Source: a virus
Taxonomy: Duplodnaviria; Caudoviricetes
Virus record (IMG/VR): IMGVR_UViG_3300023500_000003
Span: 1-58,768 of that record
Strand: one strand, 5' to 3'
DNA length: 58,768 nt
Part shown: positions 1 to 8,953 of the stretch, in pieces
Layout: each line of letters begins with the position of its first letter
Numbering within the stretch: position 1 is the first letter of the stretch
Program-made: the position numbers and the translations under genes
The notes under the pieces: generated by a model
What the model was told of the DNA's origin: nothing
Databases searched by the model: none
Seen by the model: the letters and a program-made list of their open reading frames with translations, nothing else

Positions 1-79
1 CTACATAATTAAAAGTTTGCTTGTTAATGCTAAATTTCCAGTAGTACTGCCGTATGTAAACAACAAGGAGAATCCAATC

Positions 80-283
80 ATGTCATCAATGTTCACTGGT
101 ATCGAAGAAGCAGAGATAGAAAAATGCTGCAATTGCGGGAGGGTTCTAACAGCATTCGACACGAATGTAGAAGGTGAGGAATTGTGGTGCGACGATTGCC
201 ACAGTGAAACTAGCGAGCCGTACTTGATCGACCCTATGGAAATCGATCGCGACGAACCGCGTCAAATCAAGTTTGACTTCTAA
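80..283 (+). CDS. small Zn-finger protein
   Basis: AAGGAG RBS then ATG at 80; CxxC...CxxC (CCNC, CDDC); ends QIKFDF. Confidence 0.6.
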   Translation: MSSMFTGIEEAEIEKCCNCGRVLTAFDTNVEGEELWCDDCHSETSEPYLIDPMEIDRDEPRQIKFDF

Positions 284-286
284 TCA

Positions 287-318
287 ATACCTTGGCACCA
301 AATTAGAATAAAAACGCG
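287..318 (+). promoter_or_regulatory. degenerate copy of putative late-promoter motif
   Basis: ATACnnnGGCAYCA-N10-AAAACGCG; 23/32 ungapped identity to the reverse complement of part of 43375-43415; lies upstream of the terminase region. Confidence 0.35.
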
Positions 319-468
319 GTACAGTCGACGCTACACCCGTACAAGTAGCATGCATGCCTAATCAGTACCATGCTCATTGTGTGCTGCAACCTTGAAAGTG
401 GCATGCAATGTTAACTAATTGCCAAAGTTATGCTAGAAGAACATCAGCCAAAAAAAAAGATTTCAGAA

Positions 469-491
469 GAATGGGTGTTATGTCCGTATGT
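469..491 (+). promoter_or_regulatory. phage promoter-like motif GAATC-N11-MGTATGT
   Basis: GAATG-GGTGTTATGTC-CGTATGT, intergenic; one of 8 copies. Confidence 0.5.
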
Positions 492-520
492 TGTAGCATA
501 CGAGCAATAAGGGGATTCTT

Positions 521-763
521 TTGACACTTGAAATCGGAATGCAACATAAGGGCAGTTTTAGAGGCAAGCGTGTATTGCGCTGCATCGACTTGATTGCACA
601 TGGTAAAGTGTACTTTCGTGACCTTCGCGCATGCTCGCACCAACAAGTAGTTGTGATTACAACTGTTAGTACGTATAGTGCCTGGCTCAAGAAGAATCCA
701 CAACCAGACACTGATCAAGGCTCTCGATCAACAGCCCTTGGTCAGCTAGGACCCCAGTTGTAA
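521..763 (+). CDS. hypothetical protein
   Basis: AAGGGG RBS, TTG start, downstream of motif. Confidence 0.4.
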   Translation: MTLEIGMQHKGSFRGKRVLRCIDLIAHGKVYFRDLRACSHQQVVVITTVSTYSAWLKKNPQPDTDQGSRSTALGQLGPQL

Positions 764-830
764 TGCCTCAGCAGGTCTCCCCCACCCTCTTAATCCTGCT
801 GCTGTGCGTTCCTGGGGTCCGCTTTTAGTT

Positions 831-1280
831 ATGAGCCGGCCCACTATCAATAAACGAACGCTAATCAGCAAGAAAACTGCACCTGCTGTAGATACCATAC
901 AGGTAGCTACTCAATATATCCACGATGCGACAGACGCAGAAGGAAAGCTTCTTGGTCTTCGCGCGGGATCAATCGGTATCGCTGAAATCAATTTTCGTAG
1001 AACCAAAAAGATCTTGCAATTGGCAGAAGCTGTAGAAAACCAGCTAATCGAGAAAATGCTTACGGACGGTCTAGACCTACAAACTGACCAGTTGATGTCG
1101 TTGTATCGCACATTGCTGATATCCAACAAGGACGCAGCAATGCAGATCGATTCAGTAATCAAACAGGATGACGCTGCTGCATTGTTACGACTGATCAATA
1201 AGGACGGCCCTGAAGCAGAAGCTGCTCCTGATATTACAGCTGAAGTTGTAGCAGCGTTGCGGCAACTGAATGAGTCTTGA
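831..1280 (+). CDS. putative terminase small subunit
   Basis: ~150 aa helical protein overlapping the start of terL; positional inference only. Confidence 0.45.
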   Translation: MSRPTINKRTLISKKTAPAVDTIQVATQYIHDATDAEGKLLGLRAGSIGIAEINFRRTKKILQLAEAVENQLIEKMLTDGLDLQTDQLMSLYRTLLISNKDAAMQIDSVIKQDDAAALLRLINKDGPEAEAAPDITAEVVAALRQLNES

Positions 1281-3189
1281 CCTTGCTGGACTAGTAGAGA
1301 AGTATGGTGTTGATGAAGTACGGCACATCCTGGCACTGCAATCTGGTTACGCCAGAAGAGTTCCCACTATAGATGAGTTCCTAGACTCCCCAGAGTTCTT
1401 AGGAAGTGTCGAAACAGGATCTTGTGTAATCGACATCTTCCCTGTATGGCGAACTGCATTGCAAGAGCTATTCCCCAATCCTTACAAGTGTAGTAAGAAA
1501 GAAGTCCTGCTAGCAGCCGCTATCGGTAGTGGTAAGACAACGACTGCCTTAATCGCAGCAGCGTACGACACATGCCGCGTTCTGTGCCTCAACGACCCTC
1601 ACAAGTACTTAGGTACAGGTAAAATCAAAGCCCTGACGGTTGCTTGTGTTAACAGGTCACGTGATCTCGCTAAGGCTGTCCTATATGACCAACTGGTACT
1701 GCTTTTCAAGGAATCACCGTTCTTTATTGAAAAGATGAAGGACGCGAAGAAGGCGAAGGCTACTACACTGTTTCCAAACAATGTTGATGTCATTTATGGT
1801 TCACGTGGTAACCAGATTTTAGGTACTGATATTTTCTGTGCTGTACTGTCAGAGCTAGCATTCAGCAATACGACTAAGAAACAAGCGTATGACGTGTATA
1901 CAAACGCCCTACGTAGGTTCCGTTCACGCTTTATGTTTGCTAAGTCCAAGTATGGTCTGTATCCAGGAAGAATGTACATAGACAGCTCTATGGCAGACGA
2001 AGATAGCTTCGTGAATTCTGACTTCTTGAAAGGTAAGCAGCTAGATGAGGAGTGCACTGTGTTGCTGTATCCCTACTGGGAGATACACGGATTCAAAGAA
2101 GGCCTGTATTGCGGTCGCACATTCCCTGTTTTCATTGGTGACTTTGAAAATGACCCAGTTATCATAGACGACAACATTGCTGATTACGACCAGTCGAAAG
2201 TACTCGAAGTTCCTGTGGAGCATAAGAAGGAGTTTGAGGATGACTTGATATCGTCTTTACAAGACATCGCTAATGTGCTCACCAAGTCAACATCAAGCTG
2301 GTTGCCTGGCTCTATAGGAATCGACTTGGCTACGTCCATACCTTGTGGGAAGGACATCTTACAGCTACAGAAGGGAGTAGATCTTGCTATCCCTTACACA
2401 CCAGAGCCTACTGACGCTCCCCGCTTTATAGGATTGGATCTATCGAAGACAGGAGATAAGACAGGCGTAGCAATCAGCTACATCAAAGGATTCAAGGAGT
2501 CAAAATCTGTTGACGGTGCTGTGGTAAGGACACCCCTCGTCCGCACTGAATTTGCAATCGCGATTAAGAATGCTAAGTCCTCAGAGATACCGATAGGAGA
2601 ACTTCGGGACTGGCTCATTGGACTGCATACGTCTGGTACCATTAGCATAGAACTCGTGACCGCGGATCAATTCCAATCTGCAGTTGTAATACAAGACCTC
2701 AATGCCGCAGGCATTACTGCAGAGCTGCTATCAGTGGACCGCACAACTATCCCGTATGACACATTGAGGAGTAACATCACACAAGGCACGTGGGAGTTGC
2801 CGGACAGCCCGCTTCTTAGACAAGAATTGAAAAACCTTGAGATGGTCAAACAAGGCAGAACTAACAAATTGAAGGTAGACCACCCACTAGGCACATACAC
2901 GTGCCCTGAGACGCAAAGGATACTCCCACATTCAAAGGACGTCGCAGATGCCGTTACACAGTCTGGTTACTCTGCTATCACACATTCAGCAGAAGGCACC
3001 ATCACAGGGGGAGCAATATCTGCATACTTCGAATACGTGACTGAAGAAGCACCGACCAAGGCACATAACACGCCTGCTAAGGTAGACACTTCTTCTATTG
3101 AGGAACAAGTAGAAGCGATGGACCTGAGCGAAGAGGAATACGCAGATCTGATGGACGCCCTAGATGACCAAGACATTGCTGACGGTTGA
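1270..3189 (+). CDS. terL: terminase large subunit
   Basis: Walker A AAIGSGKTT; C-terminal RNase H-like nuclease motifs IGLDLSKTGD, TADQFQS, DHP..HSKDVADA. Confidence 0.88.
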   Translation: MSLDLAGLVEKYGVDEVRHILALQSGYARRVPTIDEFLDSPEFLGSVETGSCVIDIFPVWRTALQELFPNPYKCSKKEVLLAAAIGSGKTTTALIAAAYDTCRVLCLNDPHKYLGTGKIKALTVACVNRSRDLAKAVLYDQLVLLFKESPFFIEKMKDAKKAKATTLFPNNVDVIYGSRGNQILGTDIFCAVLSELAFSNTTKKQAYDVYTNALRRFRSRFMFAKSKYGLYPGRMYIDSSMADEDSFVNSDFLKGKQLDEECTVLLYPYWEIHGFKEGLYCGRTFPVFIGDFENDPVIIDDNIADYDQSKVLEVPVEHKKEFEDDLISSLQDIANVLTKSTSSWLPGSIGIDLATSIPCGKDILQLQKGVDLAIPYTPEPTDAPRFIGLDLSKTGDKTGVAISYIKGFKESKSVDGAVVRTPLVRTEFAIAIKNAKSSEIPIGELRDWLIGLHTSGTISIELVTADQFQSAVVIQDLNAAGITAELLSVDRTTIPYDTLRSNITQGTWELPDSPLLRQELKNLEMVKQGRTNKLKVDHPLGTYTCPETQRILPHSKDVADAVTQSGYSAITHSAEGTITGGAISAYFEYVTEEAPTKAHNTPAKVDTSSIEEQVEAMDLSEEEYADLMDALDDQDIADG

Positions 3190-3212
3190 AGATCATGAGT
3201 TTTCCAGTATGT
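3190..3212 (+). promoter_or_regulatory. phage promoter-like motif
   Basis: AGATC-ATGAGTTTTCC-AGTATGT directly after terL stop. Confidence 0.5.
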
Positions 3213-3217
3213 TATAG

Positions 3218-3751
3218 ATGAGAGGTTTACACATGGAAGTCATTAGATCTAACAAGCATGGATACATACTGCAAGCCAAAGTGATGCAAGAGCTTTGCGA
3301 CAATAGCAACACGCATGTAATCTGCCCGAAGTCACAAGTAACTATTTATGAGGGCAAGACTTACGTCAGTACAAAGCTAGCCATTTCTGTATGCGCTACC
3401 ATGAAGGACAAGCACCCAAGTTTTGGGTTCATGGAAATGGCTATCAAAGCAGCAGTGGAAGAGCTTGAGAATACAAGAAGTGGCGCCGAACAAAGTCTAG
3501 GAAGTCCCAGAACAGTCACATCCTTCTGCCGGGATATCAGCATCGCACCCAAACAAGTGTTCAACTTGTTATCAAGGAAGTTATATATCTACAAGAAGGA
3601 TGACTATGCAAAGTGGCGTCCGTCAGCATCAGGACTACGAACTGGACTTGTTGCTGCTGTAACGCGACCAAACCGCGCCAACAATGAGGTCTACTTCCAA
3701 CTAGTCCTAACAAGCAAAGGCGAAACATGGATCAAGGAATTGTTCACATGA
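3218..3751 (+). CDS. antirepressor-like protein (KilAC/ANT domain)
   Basis: C-terminal TVTSFCRDI..KQVFNLL..YIYK..W.P..GL..QLVLTSKGETWI matches KilAC pattern. Confidence 0.65.
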   Translation: MRGLHMEVIRSNKHGYILQAKVMQELCDNSNTHVICPKSQVTIYEGKTYVSTKLAISVCATMKDKHPSFGFMEMAIKAAVEELENTRSGAEQSLGSPRTVTSFCRDISIAPKQVFNLLSRKLYIYKKDDYAKWRPSASGLRTGLVAAVTRPNRANNEVYFQLVLTSKGETWIKELFT

Positions 3752-5199
3752 CCGAACACAGCTATCTGCCCGAAGACATACCAGTACAAGAAGTACAAGA
3801 TCAGTTTGCTATCGATGAAGCCTTTGCCATATTCGCAGAAAAACAATTTGAATTGTCGGGTTGCCAGGAAGCCGCCGCCAAACAATTGCTAGAATGGTTG
3901 TCTCTTGACCAGAATGTGATGATATCACTTACAGGACAAGCAGGGTCAGGGAAGACATTCTTGGCTATCTGTATGTATTTTGCACTTCATACAAAGAAGC
4001 GTGTAGTATTCACAGCATTAACACACAAAGCATGCAACATCTTACGCGGCAACTTTGAAGACTTGGGCATGGCTGAGAAGTTAATCCCAGAAATAACGAC
4101 GCTTCACAGTTACCTCGGTGTAGTATGCAAGGTCGACTACCGCACAGGAACAGAAGAGTTCACCAAAAGTGACGACACTTTCGATATGACCGCCGACATT
4201 GTCTTCGTTGACGAAAGCAGCATGATGGGCGAGGATCTTTACGGCTATGCTACTGCTGCAGCACGAGCGAAAAAAGGAAGGAAGTTTATCCTCGTAGGCG
4301 ACCCCTTCCAGTTGCCACCAGTCAATGAGGACTTATCTCCTGCACTGTTCATGGAACAAACAGTACAGCTACAAGAAGTTAAACGACACAACAATACGAT
4401 TCTTGAGCTGAGCAATGCGCTGGTGCACGCAGTTCGAGATTCTTCCAGCGTTGATATCAAGTCCTTTCATACAGGGTCAGACATTATTGTCTACGAGGAC
4501 CCAGAAGCCTTTGATGCTGCACTCGAAGATCATATGCATGAAGGGTTCAAGGCACGTGATGTGGACTACGCCAAGGCCTTGTCTTACACTAACGCTACCG
4601 TGCAGGAAACTGCTACATTTATACGTGAAAGTTTAGGACTGCCGAAAGACTACCCTGCAGACGGCGAGTGCTTAGTAGCAGCGAACCCGCATGAATCCTT
4701 AACCGAAGACCCCGAGACGGGCGAGTGGAAAAGGGAGTCAGATTTACAGAATGGTCAAGAGGTGTTTGCAAAGAATGCCGTACCTTACAACTACGAAAGT
4801 GAGTGGGGTGTAAGTGTACGGGGCTACAAGGTTGATGTCTTCGAGGACCTGGAAACGTTAGAAGAGTCATACACTGACAAGACAGCACTGCCTAAGTTCT
4901 CAGCGTTCGTCGCTACTGATATTAAAGCCAAAGCCAAGCTGATGCGCACCATTGCCAACGCGGCGAAAGGGAACAAGCGTCTCTGGAAGGAGTATTTCAA
5001 GATTAAGAATTCTATCTTCTGCGACTTGCGGTACGCGCAGAGTAGCACAATACACAAGTCACAAGGAAGCTCGTACAAACATGCGTTCATTGACTTAGTG
5101 AACCTGAGACGTTGTCGCGACCACGACACCTTAAGAAGACTCATGTACGTGGCATGCAGCCGCGCATCGAAGTCACTCCATATTCTTGTATCTTACTAG
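3748..5199 (+). CDS. dda: Dda/RecD-like SF1B DNA helicase
   Basis: GQAGSGKT, ALTHKA, TLHSYL, VDESSM, GDPFQLPPV, TIHKSQGSSY, YVACSRA; ATGA overlap with upstream gene. Confidence 0.9.
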   Translation: MTEHSYLPEDIPVQEVQDQFAIDEAFAIFAEKQFELSGCQEAAAKQLLEWLSLDQNVMISLTGQAGSGKTFLAICMYFALHTKKRVVFTALTHKACNILRGNFEDLGMAEKLIPEITTLHSYLGVVCKVDYRTGTEEFTKSDDTFDMTADIVFVDESSMMGEDLYGYATAAARAKKGRKFILVGDPFQLPPVNEDLSPALFMEQTVQLQEVKRHNNTILELSNALVHAVRDSSSVDIKSFHTGSDIIVYEDPEAFDAALEDHMHEGFKARDVDYAKALSYTNATVQETATFIRESLGLPKDYPADGECLVAANPHESLTEDPETGEWKRESDLQNGQEVFAKNAVPYNYESEWGVSVRGYKVDVFEDLETLEESYTDKTALPKFSAFVATDIKAKAKLMRTIANAAKGNKRLWKEYFKIKNSIFCDLRYAQSSTIHKSQGSSYKHAFIDLVNLRRCRDHDTLRRLMYVACSRASKSLHILVSY

Positions 5200-5246
5200 T
5201 TTCCAAGGATCACTACTTGCACAGTATGTAACACTACAAGCAGAAA
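5194..5246 (+). repeat. 53-bp intergenic repeat containing promoter-like motif (copy at 8708-8760)
   Basis: TACTAGTTTCCAAGGATC(A/G)CTACTTGC...GTATGTAACA(C/A)TACAAGCAGAAA; motif at 5207-5229. Confidence 0.8.
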
Positions 5247-5366
5247 GATATGAAACCACTTAGTGGTGATGACTTGAGAAGTGTCGGTAGTCCTCACAAC
5301 CAGAGGGGTTAAAGAGCTACCATTTCGCAGCCGCCAGCCGTAAGGGATAAACAAGGAGATGAAACG

Positions 5367-6404
5367 ATGCTAGTTGAGTTAATACACGGCGAATGCTTAG
5401 CAGAAATGGACAAGCTTATAGATCGCGGTGTTGTTGTTGATGCAATTATTACAGATCCGCCTTATGGCTCAATGAAGGGATTGAATTACAAGGAGCTGGA
5501 AGCTTGCCGTGGAGATGAATGCTTTGGATGGGACGAAACAATAAACCAAGAAGCAATGCTTGATAAATGCAATAAATTATTACGCACAAACGGCGCACTT
5601 ATTCTATTCAGCCAGCAACCCTACACAACTAAGCTTATAAATGACGCACACGGCAATCTTCCATTCAGCTACTGTATGACATGGTTGAAAGATGACTACG
5701 GACATGCTCTGTTGGCAAGAAAAGCACCTTTGAACTATACAGAGGACATTTGCGTATTTTTCAAGAAATACGATACACTGTCACAGCACCCATTGCGCGA
5801 TTATGCTAAAAAGGTGATGTATTTTATTGGGTTAAGTAAAAAGGAAATACACACAGAATTTGGACACCAGGGAGCCGACCACTTTTTTAGAGTTAACAGC
5901 ACGCAGTTCGGGCTATGCACTGAAAAAACATATAACGAACTGACATTAAAATACGGGCTTGATACTCTTGATTGGTTTATGACATTTGAAGAGCTGTCAG
6001 TAATAAACAGGGATTTCAGCAAGGTTTTCAACCTGCCAGAGGGCAAGAAGTACAAAAGCAACGTGCTTGAATACAAAAAAGATTACACAGGATTACACCC
6101 AACGCAGAAGCCTGTTGCGCTGATTGAGGACTTAATCAAGACATACACAAACGAAGGCGGAGTAGTTTTAGATTTCACAGCAGGTTCATTTACAACAGGC
6201 GTAGCTTGTCAAAACACGGGCAGAAACTTCATCGGGATTGAAAAGGACGACAAGTATTTTGAGATAGCACGCGAACGGCTAGAGAATCACCGGAAAGGCC
6301 AAGGTGTCAAAGTACAGAGGGGAAACAACAGTGGCAGCACGGCAGGTGAGCGTGGGTCGGGAGGGGTACTTCGTCTGGGACTAAAAAATAGAACGCTATG
6401 GTAG
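5367..6404 (+). CDS. DNA methyltransferase, N6-A/N4-C, beta class
   Basis: TDPPY catalytic motif, HPTQKP, DFTAGSFTTG SAM motif, GIEKD; last ~35 aa are derived from another gene (see findings). Confidence 0.92.
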   Translation: MLVELIHGECLAEMDKLIDRGVVVDAIITDPPYGSMKGLNYKELEACRGDECFGWDETINQEAMLDKCNKLLRTNGALILFSQQPYTTKLINDAHGNLPFSYCMTWLKDDYGHALLARKAPLNYTEDICVFFKKYDTLSQHPLRDYAKKVMYFIGLSKKEIHTEFGHQGADHFFRVNSTQFGLCTEKTYNELTLKYGLDTLDWFMTFEELSVINRDFSKVFNLPEGKKYKSNVLEYKKDYTGLHPTQKPVALIEDLIKTYTNEGGVVLDFTAGSFTTGVACQNTGRNFIGIEKDDKYFEIARERLENHRKGQGVKVQRGNNSGSTAGERGSGGVLRLGLKNRTLW

Positions 6405-6514
6405 TTGCTGCAACGTATAACAGTATGTTTATTGCGGTTAGTAACGGTGATAGCAATATCAAATGTGGCAGGACTGTGACTTGGGATTTTGAATGGGAGA
6501 TAGAATATGAATAA
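6398..6514 (+). pseudogene. relic C-terminus of a paralogue of ORF 38959-39408
   Basis: VVAATYNSMFIAVSNGDSNIKCGRTVTWDFEWEIEYE* vs VVASTSDGQFIAISDMVDNINCEGVTVWEYAWEIEDE*. Confidence 0.65.
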
Positions 6515-6821
6515 AGAGCAGGCATTAAAGGCAAATACAGCAGCGGCTGAGTTGTTGGGACTTATAAGCCCAAGTTATGGTATATGGATCACCCCTGACG
6601 GGTTTGAAGATGAAGCATGGGAGTTCGACATATTCACCAATCCTGCCGACTGCTTGGATGTAGTGAAGAAGTTAGGGGAAGAGCACGGCATAGCAATAAC
6701 ATTCTACAATGGCCATGAGCAGTGGATAGCTGAAGCGGTATCGGTAGTTAGCAATTTCTCATCTTTGCATGACACCTACGAACAAGCCGTAGGATCCGCT
6801 GTGCTGGAGGTAACAAAATGA
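6507..6821 (+). CDS. hypothetical protein, NinX/ABA-sandwich-like
   Basis: N..AAELLG ... FTNPADCLDVVKKL ... W.A ... AV..AVLE pattern; GGGAG RBS. Confidence 0.55.
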   Translation: MNKEQALKANTAAAELLGLISPSYGIWITPDGFEDEAWEFDIFTNPADCLDVVKKLGEEHGIAITFYNGHEQWIAEAVSVVSNFSSLHDTYEQAVGSAVLEVTK

Positions 6822-7333
6822 GTGAGGCAGTAGAATGGAACTGCAAAGAATGCGAGGCTGATAACTGCTTGTGTACTTGTCATTTAACCAGCGGTGAAAC
6901 CGTGCGATTCAGCAATGAGGATTTGGCTGAAGCCTCGATCAAGATAACTGAGTTCATCGCATCAGGTGAACTGATTGCTTTGATCCCTGAAGGAGTTGAC
7001 GCAGAAGATTTTAATAAGGGGGTGCGTATGCTCCCTGAACTCATCCTCGACCTGCAGGATTCGAGAAAGGGTAACTCAGAGCTGATAGAGCACACTGCTG
7101 CTCTATGGGTTATAGCACACACCTTGAGAGAGCATCTAAATGAGGCGCAGCTTGATGTACTATCGGCTACACCTACGCAATCCCTGATCGAACACGATAA
7201 AACAATCCGCAACAAAGCAATCAGAGAGTGTGCTGCGGCTTGTGAGTCAGTTACAATTACTGGTGCTACCTATGACACGCAACTCGCCATTGTTAAATGT
7301 GCAGAAGCAATAGAGGGGCTTCTTGGTGACTGA
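6818..7333 (+). CDS. hypothetical protein
   Basis: GGAGG RBS, ATGA overlap, Cys-rich N-terminus. Confidence 0.65.
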   Translation: MSEAVEWNCKECEADNCLCTCHLTSGETVRFSNEDLAEASIKITEFIASGELIALIPEGVDAEDFNKGVRMLPELILDLQDSRKGNSELIEHTAALWVIAHTLREHLNEAQLDVLSATPTQSLIEHDKTIRNKAIRECAAACESVTITGATYDTQLAIVKCAEAIEGLLGD

Positions 7334-7526
7334 AAAAGGTTTGCAAATTTGCATAGATAAATCAGAGCTAATTAATAATGGTTTACCTTCCCTTGAATTA
7401 ATGCTTGTTAGATTGAGAAGCCTTTGTGACAACGATTCGCACGTTAGATACATGATGCGTCATCAAGAACCATTCCAAGTAGATGAATTAGGCAACCATG
7501 TTTATGAATTTAGATGGAGTGAGTAA
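7323..7526 (+). CDS. hypothetical protein
   Basis: ORF track; GAGGGG upstream; operon context. Confidence 0.45.
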   Translation: MVTEKGLQICIDKSELINNGLPSLELMLVRLRSLCDNDSHVRYMMRHQEPFQVDELGNHVYEFRWSE

Positions 7527-7540
7527 TAATGACTAACAGC

Positions 7541-7590
7541 GAATACAAACTACAACACAGAAAAGATAAACTGGTCATCGAAGGGCTTAG
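7541..7590 (+). repeat. 50-bp direct repeat (copy at 8632-8681), duplicated gene start
   Basis: GAATACAAACTACAACACAGAAAAGATAAACTGGYCATCGAAGGRCTTAG, 2 mismatches; both copies encode M.N.EYKLQHRKDKL.IEGLR. Confidence 0.85.
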
Positions 7591-7833
7591 GGAGTCACTT
7601 AGGAAGCAAGATAGATACATTGCAAAAACGACACTGGAACAGATTAAAAGGACTGACACATGACATTTATAAAGCTTGTGCGGCGAATAGCTGAACGCAA
7701 CGGAATGACCGTAAGTGCTAAAGAAGCTGACTATATATTATGGGAATTCACAGAATTCCCTGTTGCACATATAAAAACAATAGTACGGCAAGTAAGAGAT
7801 TACTTTGCAGCGCAAGCAAAGAGGAGTTGAAAT

Positions 7834-8163
7834 ATGAGCATAAGACAAGACATACTGAACACAGCAGGATCACTAATATCTGGAGACAGAGCAGAACAAT
7901 ACGGTGACCCCACTGTGATGTTCGGACAGATCGCAGACAACTGGGCGGCGTATGAGGGAGTGCCTGTGTCGGAAGTAGACGCAGCGATGAAAATGGCTTT
8001 GATGAAGATTGCTCGCATCCAGATGGGCAAGGTGGACATTGATTCGTTCATTGATGCGTGCGGGTACATAGCATTGGCGGGTGAGATGGCGATAGAGGGA
8101 GCGGCAGTATCGGGGATGGTTGCACACCAACACAACGCAACAACAGGGAGTTCAAATGGCTGA
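7834..8163 (+). CDS. DUF6378-like phage protein
   Basis: IL..A..LI.GDR..QYGDP...F..IA..W ... M..MKIAR ... DS.ID.CGY.AL. Confidence 0.75.
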   Translation: MSIRQDILNTAGSLISGDRAEQYGDPTVMFGQIADNWAAYEGVPVSEVDAAMKMALMKIARIQMGKVDIDSFIDACGYIALAGEMAIEGAAVSGMVAHQHNATTGSSNG

Positions 8164-8335
8164 AAAGACTGTATATGAAAAGATAATGGAAGTGCTTGAG
8201 GCAGAAGCTTCGAAACCTGTCGCTGAGTACACAAATCCAAACTTCTTATCCGAATTAGTGGTGTTGCTAGACGATTATGGTGGCTTAGAGATTGATGCTG
8301 TAACTGATTATGCAAATGATATGTGGGGTAGATAA
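8156..8335 (+). CDS. hypothetical acidic protein
   Basis: GGGAG RBS; MAEKTVYEK start. Confidence 0.5.
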   Translation: MAEKTVYEKIMEVLEAEASKPVAEYTNPNFLSELVVLLDDYGGLEIDAVTDYANDMWGR

Positions 8336-8348
8336 TGACAGGCTATAT

Positions 8349-8410
8349 GACAAGGTTAGTGCTGTGCGAGAGGGCGTAATAAAAGCGTGCATCCTGCGCT
8401 AAAGTTGTGG
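8349..8410 (+). repeat. relic copy of 3' end of gene 38605-38922 (matches 38848-38910)
   Basis: GACAAGGTTARTGCTGTGCGAGAGGGCG.AATAAAA(G)GCGTGCATCCTGCGCTAA.GTTGTGG. Confidence 0.85.
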
Positions 8411-8419
8411 GGGTGATTA

Positions 8420-8620
8420 ATGAATGATATAAGTATAGAAGATGCAAAAAAGATGTTATGCCCACTGATAAGCTGCTGTTCCATAGATAGCAACCTAAGC
8501 ACGTTATGTAGTGCTGACAGGTGTATGAAATGGCGGAGGGCAACAAAAGATCAGTACACTACAAACCAAAGCTGGACGCGTGATGAGAAATGGCTAACGC
8601 ATGGTAGCTGTGGCGCTTGA
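8420..8620 (+). CDS. small Cys-rich protein
   Basis: EDAKKMLCP...C.ADRCMKWR...G.CG. Confidence 0.55.
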   Translation: MNDISIEDAKKMLCPLISCCSIDSNLSTLCSADRCMKWRRATKDQYTTNQSWTRDEKWLTHGSCGA

Positions 8621-8707
8621 TGCCTAACGCAGAATACAAACTACAACACAGAAAAGATAAACTGGCCATCGAAGGACTTAGAGGGGGCAATCCCTATTCT
8701 TCTGTCC

Positions 8708-8760
8708 TACTAGTTTCCAAGGATCGCTACTTGCGCCGTATGTAACAATACAAGCAGAAA
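8708..8760 (+). promoter_or_regulatory. promoter-like repeat (copy of 5194-5246)
   Basis: GGATC-GCTACTTGCGC-CGTATGT at 8721-8743, then AAGGAGG RBS. Confidence 0.65.
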
Positions 8761-8773
8761 AAGGAGGCCAAAC

Positions 8774-8950
8774 ATGATCATCGTCACATCAAACCAACAG
8801 GTAGCATTGCTACCAAACGTACCAGGACAAAAGAACCCCGCAGCTGCAGGTTACACAGATGTTGTACTGGTAGGAAAGCCGAACAACGTCCTGCGCGTCA
8901 GAGACAGCAACCTGCACCAAGAAAAACCCGCAGCAGCGTTGCAGGAGTAA
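8774..8950 (+). CDS. hypothetical 58-aa protein (not in ORF track)
   Basis: AAGGAGG RBS; MIIVTSNQQVALLPNVPGQKNP...ALQE*. Confidence 0.65.
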   Translation: MIIVTSNQQVALLPNVPGQKNPAAAGYTDVVLVGKPNNVLRVRDSNLHQEKPAAALQE

Positions 8951-8953
8951 GCC

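Noticed and set aside
33-57. Ninth copy of the N11 promoter motif
   Set aside because: CGTATGT is present but the upstream element is TTTCC, not GAATC; same issue at 6422 and 10008
291-310. Sigma54 promoter (TTGGCAC)
   Set aside because: No TTGC at the -12 position; the other motif copies lack TGGCAC
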